Source: a virus
Length of the DNA: 64,000 nucleotides
Virus record (IMG/VR): IMGVR_UViG_3300042691_013609
Location: 57,239 to 121,238 of that record
Strand: one strand, 5' to 3'
Shown here: piece after piece, positions 58,017 to 64,000 of the stretch
Position numbering within the stretch: the first letter of the stretch is position 1
How the letters are laid out: the number at the start of each line of letters is the position of its first letter
Position numbers and translations under genes: made by a program
Notes under the pieces: model-generated
Told to the model about the DNA's origin: nothing
What the model saw: the letters and a program-made list of their open reading frames with translations, nothing else
Database searches by the model: none

Positions 58017-58514
58017 ATGAATTACGCTAAGATAGTAAATAATAATTTAGAATATTTTGTTCAGCCAAATTGGATATTAGGAGATGCGTCTCAATACGCA
58101 ATTGAAGGCGGGTATAAAGAAGTCGTACAAAATACAAATATTCCAGAAATTCCAACTAATGAAAAGTTAGTTATTACTTGGGAGGAATTTAGCACTTATA
58201 TAACACAATCTTATCAAACAATAGTAAAAACTCCAGAGGAGTTAGAAGAAGAGAGAATAGCGGCAATACCGTTAGAAATTTCAAAAAGACAACTTAATCT
58301 TGCTTTATTTGCCCAACTTAATATAGAAAGTACGCAAATAGAAAATATGATTCAGCAAATAACTGATGAATATCAAAGAAAGATAACTGAAATAGAGTGG
58401 AGAGATGGCGCTTTTGTAGCAAGAACACACCCAGTAGTTAATTCATTTGCGGAACAACTTGGGCTAACACAAAGACAACTAGACGATTTGTTTACATACG
58501 CAAAAACATTATAA
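58017..58514 (+). CDS. Putative tail-fibre assembly chaperone
   Basis: P..IS.RQ..LAL, IEW......R.HP.V......LGLT..QLDDLF..A. Confidence 0.6.
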   Translation: MNYAKIVNNNLEYFVQPNWILGDASQYAIEGGYKEVVQNTNIPEIPTNEKLVITWEEFSTYITQSYQTIVKTPEELEEERIAAIPLEISKRQLNLALFAQLNIESTQIENMIQQITDEYQRKITEIEWRDGAFVARTHPVVNSFAEQLGLTQRQLDDLFTYAKTL

Positions 58515-58595
58515 TAATAACAAAAAATTATGATGTTTTTTTGAACCTTTTTCTTTTAAATTTGTTTATAAATTGTATTTCATATTTATAAATAA

Positions 58596-59648
58596 ATGAT
58601 AAACAATTTAACAAAAATAGCTTTAGAAAAGGGCGGAGACATAACTCCTTTGCTAGTTAATTCTCAGTATAAAACAGGATTATTAAACCCGTCTATTTTC
58701 TTACATAAGGATAATTTTTACTTAAATATAAGGCATGTGCAGTATTCACTTTACCACAGTGAAAACAAGCAGAACTTTCAAAGTAGATGGGGTCCATTGT
58801 CTTATTTACACCCAGAAAACGATCAAACATTAACTACAGTAAATTACTTCGGGGAAATAAATAAAGAAGAAATATCTGTGTCTAAAGTAGACACATCTTT
58901 GTTAGATGTAAAACCTTTATGGGAATTTGTTGGATTAGAAGATGCTAGGGTTGTTGTTTGGAATGATGATATTTGGATGTGCGGAGTTAGGCGAGACACA
59001 ACAACAAATGGGCAGGGAAGAATGGAAATGTCAAAAGTTATAAAAGACGTAGACCATTATAAAGAGGTTGAAAGATATAGGTTAGATACTCCAAATAGCG
59101 GAGATTCTTATTGTGAGAAAAATTGGGTGCCTTTAAATGATAAGCCGTTCCATTTTTTAAAATGGTCTAATCCAATAGAAATAGTTAAAGTAGATTTGTC
59201 TACTAAAATGGAAAACGGTTTTTTCAAATGCGACCAAGTATTTCTTTCTGATAAAAAATATAATTTTCAGAGAGATTTAAGAGGAGGGTCTAATATAGTA
59301 AAATGGGGTCAAGGGTATTTAACAGTATCCCATGAAGTTTCGCTTTTTAAAAGTGAGTTAGGAAATAAAGACGCTTTTTACTATCATAGATTTCTATACT
59401 TAAATAAAGATTTTGAAGTTGAAAAATGTAGTGATTATTTCAACTTTATGACAGGACATATAGAATTTGCAACAGGGTTATCATTAATTGATAACGACAA
59501 CGAAAAATTAGGGATAAAAAAAGGAGAAGTCTACATAACATTTGGTTTTCAGGATAATTCAGCATTTTTACTAAAAACTAATAATGATTTTGTAGATGGT
59601 TTATTAAATAATCTACAAGAATGGGGAATAGAAGAAACTACAAAATAA
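58596..59648 (+). CDS. GH130-like / five-bladed propeller glycan-active enzyme
   Basis: NPSI, GLEDARVV, EKNW.P, LRGGS, Y.HRF, IEF..GL, FG.QD. Confidence 0.65.
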   Translation: MINNLTKIALEKGGDITPLLVNSQYKTGLLNPSIFLHKDNFYLNIRHVQYSLYHSENKQNFQSRWGPLSYLHPENDQTLTTVNYFGEINKEEISVSKVDTSLLDVKPLWEFVGLEDARVVVWNDDIWMCGVRRDTTTNGQGRMEMSKVIKDVDHYKEVERYRLDTPNSGDSYCEKNWVPLNDKPFHFLKWSNPIEIVKVDLSTKMENGFFKCDQVFLSDKKYNFQRDLRGGSNIVKWGQGYLTVSHEVSLFKSELGNKDAFYYHRFLYLNKDFEVEKCSDYFNFMTGHIEFATGLSLIDNDNEKLGIKKGEVYITFGFQDNSAFLLKTNNDFVDGLLNNLQEWGIEETTK

Positions 59649-61141
59649 TTGATTGTTTTCCTTACTTTGATGAAACTGGGAAAGAGTTATTAGAGTTAAG
59701 GATAAATATGTTAAAAAACCACGTTGATTACTTTATAATCACTGAATCTAATAAGACTCAAAGTGGCTTACCTATAAAAAGAAAACTTAGAGACAGGATA
59801 AAAGAACTATACCTGCCGGATGAAAAAATTATTGTTATTGAATTAGATATACCCGATGATAAAGATTTAGATATACAAGATATTGATAGTCTTAATTCAT
59901 ACGAAGGGAACTATACTAACAATAAGTCAGTAATGGCTAGAACTAGGGAGAGGATGCAAAAAGATGCCATAGTTGGTATTTTAAAATCTTTTTCTTACGA
60001 TGATGTTTTTATAGTTAGCGATTCCGATGAGATAATAAAACCAGATATAATTTCTTTTTACGCAGAAGAAGTAAAAAAGTATCCTGAATTTATTATAAAA
60101 TTTCCGCTTGTTCATTTAGAAGGACGGGCTGATTTAAGAGTTGTAAGTAAAGAGACTAAAGAACCTAAATGGTGGGATAGTTTATTTATGTGTACAAGAT
60201 CTCAATTAGAGGCGGCTACCCCAACTCAAATACGATCAAACATAAATCATCCATTTGTTTTAACTAATTATTACCATAACGGTAATATTTGTTTAGACTT
60301 AGGGTGGCATTTTTCATGGATGGGGGATTATAATAAAAGAAGAATAAAAGCTGCGTCATTCACACATTTTGATGACACTCTCTCTTTTTTAGAGAAGTCC
60401 AAATATTCAAATTCTTTTGATGTTCTTTTAAAGACCCCAGAGGAAGGAGAGATACCACCAAGTGGAGATAAAAATTTTATTTTAGAGAAATACGACATAA
60501 GTAATTTACCACATGAGTTATTTTCTTTAAGTAGTGTTGAGAATTACTTGCTACCAAAAAGTAAAGAGTTATTTTCAGAAGAGTACAAAAAACTTTGTGA
60601 TACTAGTTCAGATATAAATGAGCATTTACCCACTCTTTACAATTTAGCAAAAGAGTGCGGGCATGTAACTGAGATGGGTGTTAGGGATGGTAAAAGCACA
60701 ACTGCATTTCTTCATTCTGGCGTATCTTTAAGATCTTACGATCTATATATAGATAAGTCAGTATCACCTTTATTTGTAATAGCAAAGTCAAACGGAAAGG
60801 ACGTGCAGTATATAAAGGGGGACTCTACAGAGGTAGATATAGAGGAGACAGATATGCTTTTTATAGATACTTGGCACTGTTATCCACAAATTAAAAAAGA
60901 ATTAGAAAGACATCATAATAAAGTTAGTAAGTATTTAGTATTCCACGATACACATACTTATGGAGTTATTGGGGAAAGATATAGCGGAAGTAAAGAAGAT
61001 ATACTTACAGATGTTATAGATAACCCTTTGGGTATATTGCCTGGGATAATAGAATTTACTATAGAGAATAAAGAATGGTCATTCTATAAACACTATACAA
61101 ATAACAATGGCCTAACAGTATTAAAAAGAAATAGCATATGA
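59621..61141 (+). CDS. GT17-like glycosyltransferase fused to a class I SAM methyltransferase
   Basis: N-term IIDCFPYF, LELR, VD.FII.ESN.T.SG, SDSDEI, GWHFSW; C-term DINEHL, EMGVR.G.ST, DMLFIDT.H, FHDT. Confidence 0.75.
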   Translation: MGNRRNYKIIDCFPYFDETGKELLELRINMLKNHVDYFIITESNKTQSGLPIKRKLRDRIKELYLPDEKIIVIELDIPDDKDLDIQDIDSLNSYEGNYTNNKSVMARTRERMQKDAIVGILKSFSYDDVFIVSDSDEIIKPDIISFYAEEVKKYPEFIIKFPLVHLEGRADLRVVSKETKEPKWWDSLFMCTRSQLEAATPTQIRSNINHPFVLTNYYHNGNICLDLGWHFSWMGDYNKRRIKAASFTHFDDTLSFLEKSKYSNSFDVLLKTPEEGEIPPSGDKNFILEKYDISNLPHELFSLSSVENYLLPKSKELFSEEYKKLCDTSSDINEHLPTLYNLAKECGHVTEMGVRDGKSTTAFLHSGVSLRSYDLYIDKSVSPLFVIAKSNGKDVQYIKGDSTEVDIEETDMLFIDTWHCYPQIKKELERHHNKVSKYLVFHDTHTYGVIGERYSGSKEDILTDVIDNPLGILPGIIEFTIENKEWSFYKHYTNNNGLTVLKRNSI

Positions 61142-61902
61142 TTCCTATAATAGGAACTGCTGTTGTAAACACTCCTTATTGGGTGTATAGGTTAATAAAA
61201 TCAATTGACTACCCGGTAGATAAGTTTATTATAATAAATAATAATGGGAGGGGTCAAATAGATGAAGAGTTAAATAATATAACATTAATTAAAAACGACT
61301 TTATCAACGAAATAAAAGTTTGCCATATGCCAGGTAATATAGGTTGCTCAGGCGCATGGAACTTAATAATAAAGTCTACTATGATGTCAGGATCCTGGTT
61401 AATAGTAAACCACGATGTAGAATTTTCCAAAGGGTTATTAGAGAATATGTATGAAAAATCAAAAGAAAATTTTGGTGTGATTCATGCAGAATCTAATGAG
61501 GATGGGTTTGGAAAATGGGATTTATTTTTGATAAAAGATTGGGTAGTGGAAATGTGTGGGTTATTTGATGAAAATTTATATCCCGCATACACTGAAGATT
61601 TTGACTACATAATGAGATTGATAAATCTAAATATTCCATGCGCAACTTTAGGGATTAACTACAAGCATGGATTTTCATCTTACGAGCAATCTGGGTCTCA
61701 AACATGGAGATCTGATGAGTCTCTTAAAGATAAACTACACAACTGTTCTTATTTGAATTCAGTTGAATATATGGACAAAAAATGGGGGGAATTATGGAGG
61801 GGATATTTACCTACAAAAACTCCTTTTCAAAATGAAAGTTTATATCAATCATATACAACTTATGATTTAAGTTTTGTAAGAAAAAAGAATTTGGGGTTTT
61901 AA
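61138..61902 (+). CDS. GT2/GT-A glycosyltransferase
   Basis: IIINN, NIG.SGAWN, IVNHD, GLFDEN.YPAY.ED.DY. Confidence 0.8.
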   Translation: MIPIIGTAVVNTPYWVYRLIKSIDYPVDKFIIINNNGRGQIDEELNNITLIKNDFINEIKVCHMPGNIGCSGAWNLIIKSTMMSGSWLIVNHDVEFSKGLLENMYEKSKENFGVIHAESNEDGFGKWDLFLIKDWVVEMCGLFDENLYPAYTEDFDYIMRLINLNIPCATLGINYKHGFSSYEQSGSQTWRSDESLKDKLHNCSYLNSVEYMDKKWGELWRGYLPTKTPFQNESLYQSYTTYDLSFVRKKNLGF

Positions 61903-61913
61903 AAAAAGTTTAA

Positions 61914-62501
61914 ATGAATAAGTCATTAAAAGATAGGTTAGTAGAATTTGTACAAAATCCTTATGACCTAATGGCCAATTTTAATTTAGGTTTGGAGTAC
62001 GAAAAAGAAAATCAACTTGCCTCCGGACTATCGCATTATTTAAGAGCGGCAGAATTTGGAGTTGATCAAGATATATATAATAAAAAGAATCTAATATCAG
62101 AGTCATTACTAAGGGCGGCAGAGTGTCTTAATAAACTTGGCGGAAGGCATTTTTCAACGAAATCTTGTATAATGCATGCAATTTCAAACCAGCCAAATAT
62201 AGCACAGTCTTATTTATTACTCAGCAAAGTATATGAGCAAACAAGAGAGTGGAACGAGTGTAATTATGTTTGCAACATAGGTCTGGCAATGATGCATAAT
62301 TTTTCACCTCTTATGTATGACAATAAAACTGAGGATGATATATCAAATGAATTTCTATTCCAAAAAGCAGTCTCTAACTATCACATAGGAAGAACGCAAC
62401 TAGCCAAAAAAGAATTTCTTGAGTTAACTGAAAAGAAGGGTGTTCAATCTTGGATTAAAGATGCTTCCATAAGAAGTTTGAAAGCTATAAGACCAAAATA
62501 A
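61914..62501 (+). CDS. TPR-repeat protein
   Basis: Helical repeats FNLG.EYE, YLRAAE, P..A.SY..LS. Confidence 0.6.
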   Translation: MNKSLKDRLVEFVQNPYDLMANFNLGLEYEKENQLASGLSHYLRAAEFGVDQDIYNKKNLISESLLRAAECLNKLGGRHFSTKSCIMHAISNQPNIAQSYLLLSKVYEQTREWNECNYVCNIGLAMMHNFSPLMYDNKTEDDISNEFLFQKAVSNYHIGRTQLAKKEFLELTEKKGVQSWIKDASIRSLKAIRPK

Positions 62502-62504
62502 AAA

Positions 62505-62813
62505 ATGAAAACATTACTACTATTATTTTTCTCTTTAAATTTATATTCGCAAATACCGCAAATACCCCAAGACAAACTTCTGCATTTTAGTGCAGGATAT
62601 ATTGTGTCTACAGGAGTTACAGCCTTTGCCGATAAGAAAGGGTATAAAAATCCTGAACTATACGGATTGTTTGCAGGATTTGCTGCTGGTATAATAAAAG
62701 AATTGATAGACACAAACCCAGATCCGATGGACGCTTATTTTACAATGTGGGGTTCGTCTGTTGGTTGCGCGATTATAACAATACCTATAAATAATAAAAA
62801 AATTAAATATTAA
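62505..62813 (+). CDS. Small membrane protein (DK.LHF..G / KE..D family)
   Basis: DKLLHFSAG...GIIKELID...D. Confidence 0.55.
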   Translation: MKTLLLLFFSLNLYSQIPQIPQDKLLHFSAGYIVSTGVTAFADKKGYKNPELYGLFAGFAAGIIKELIDTNPDPMDAYFTMWGSSVGCAIITIPINNKKIKY

Positions 62814-62817
62814 ATTT

Positions 62818-63036
62818 ATGTCAAAAATCAATGAGTTAAAGGTAGAAGCCGCAAATCTTTTTTATTTAAGAGAACAATTAAATGCTAACTTAGCAGATGT
62901 TAATGTAAAACTTCAAGGTATTACAAATCTTATAAGTAAAGAAGAAGAAAAAGAAATGGAAGCTAAAAAAGAAAATGAGCCAGTTAAAAAAGTAAGTAAA
63001 GAAAGTTCTGAAAAATCAATAGAACCAAATACTTAA
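62818..63036 (+). CDS. Coiled-coil hypothetical protein
   Basis: 72-aa ORF. Confidence 0.55.
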   Translation: MSKINELKVEAANLFYLREQLNANLADVNVKLQGITNLISKEEEKEMEAKKENEPVKKVSKESSEKSIEPNT

Positions 63037-63048
63037 TAAAATACAAGT

Positions 63049-64000
63049 ATGTTAACTACTTCTGAAAAACAAGAATTACAAAAAAAATTCAGCTACATAA
63101 ATTCAAAACTGTGTAATATAAGCACTGAGTTGGATTCTAAAGCTGATTTAGTAAATGGTGTTGTACCTGAAGAACAACTTCCATTTACTGCCGGTACTTC
63201 TATTGAAGTAGTTAGTACGTATTCAAATTTACCCGCAGCAAATACTGCAAATGGGGAATTCTATTGGGTAGAGAATTCACAAGGAACTGCTTGGTTACCA
63301 GGGTCTGTAGGAGGAACATATTACTCAAATGGATTATATTACTCAAATGGGGTAAACTGGATTTATACAGATATACCTTACAACGCTAGTCAAGCTGAAG
63401 TAGATGCCGGATTAAATAATAATAGGTTTATAACACCTATGACGTTTAATAACGCATCTAAGTGGGCAACAAAACAAGATACAGTATCCCTCACCACCAC
63501 AGGAACTAGCGGAGCGGCTACGTTAGTAGGTAGCACGTTGAACATCCCGCAGTATCAGAGTGTGTTAACCAACCCGGTAACGGGGACGGGGACGGCGGGG
63601 CAGGTGGCGTATTGGAGCGGAACGGGAACACAGACGGGGAGTGCTAATTTGTTTTGGGATGCGGCGAATAGTAGGCTGGGGGTGGGGACGAGTACGCCTC
63701 TAAACACGTATACACAATCACAGTTGCAAGGTGTTTTTGCGCGTTATGAAATAAGAAATTCAAACGCAAATCAAAATATAGCATCTTGGGATGTTTATTC
63801 TAACACGCTTGTTAGTCCTGATTTTTTTGGTAGAACTGCGTTTAAATTTGAAGGCGGCATAAATAATGCATCACGACAATATCAGATTTATGTATCCGAT
63901 ACATCAACGCCAAAAATTGCAATTAATGGCTCTGGAAATGTAATGATTAACTCAATTGTAGATGCTGGCCAACGTCTACAAGTATACGGCCCAACACTTC
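63049..64000 (+). CDS. Tail-fibre-like protein (partial, runs off the right end)
   Basis: MLTTSEKQ...KADLVNG.VP..QLP; LTTTGTSGAATLVGSTLNIPQY; LFWD..N.RLGVGT.TP. Confidence 0.7.
   Translation, partial: MLTTSEKQELQKKFSYINSKLCNISTELDSKADLVNGVVPEEQLPFTAGTSIEVVSTYSNLPAANTANGEFYWVENSQGTAWLPGSVGGTYYSNGLYYSNGVNWIYTDIPYNASQAEVDAGLNNNRFITPMTFNNASKWATKQDTVSLTTTGTSGAATLVGSTLNIPQYQSVLTNPVTGTGTAGQVAYWSGTGTQTGSANLFWDAANSRLGVGTSTPLNTYTQSQLQGVFARYEIRNSNANQNIASWDVYSNTLVSPDFFGRTAFKFEGGINNASRQYQIYVSDTSTPKIAINGSGNVMINSIVDAGQRLQVYGPTL

Larger units (their letters stand above)
1..64000. mobile_element. Tailed dsDNA bacteriophage genome segment, crAss-like / Bacteroidota-infecting
   Basis: TerL, portal, scaffold-like and MCP-sized genes in crAss-like order; phoH/nrdAB/dut/recA; Bacteroidota promoters; no host housekeeping block and no integrase seen. 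Confidence 0.85.

Noticed and set aside
20500-64000. Stop-codon reassignment as in some crAss-like phages
   Set aside because: Long genes (TerL, portal, MCP, fibres) are intact under the standard code and no suppressor tRNA is seen.

Overview
The whole window is part of an AT-rich dsDNA phage genome, most likely a crAss-like (Crassvirales-related) phage of a Bacteroidota host. The evidence is the TerL-portal-scaffold-MCP gene order, TTTG-N19-TAnnTTTG promoters and A-rich start contexts without Shine-Dalgarno sites. Layout: (i) 1-10.7 kb, a leftward 'early' region of small orphan genes; (ii) 10.7-11.3 kb, a low-complexity non-coding gap; (iii) 11.7-20.3 kb, leftward nucleotide-metabolism and nuclease genes (phoH, ClpP-like, 2OG-Fe(II) oxygenase, dUTPase, nrdAB, RuvC-like, tRNA-Leu); (iv) 20.5-64 kb, rightward recA, packaging, capsid, Cys-rich virion proteins, lysis genes, very long Gly-X-Gln collagen-like fibres and a glycosylation cluster. 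The most unusual signal is in the early region. Fifteen copies of a 19-bp palindrome (AGTTACCTC-N-GAGGTAACT) sit mostly at gene boundaries and become denser toward the first gene, a DUF3102-like protein that carries a copy in its own coding sequence. They are interleaved with two 70-nt D-stem-less tRNA-like elements showing clear compensatory base changes. All protein calls come from motif recognition by eye, and no database searches were run.
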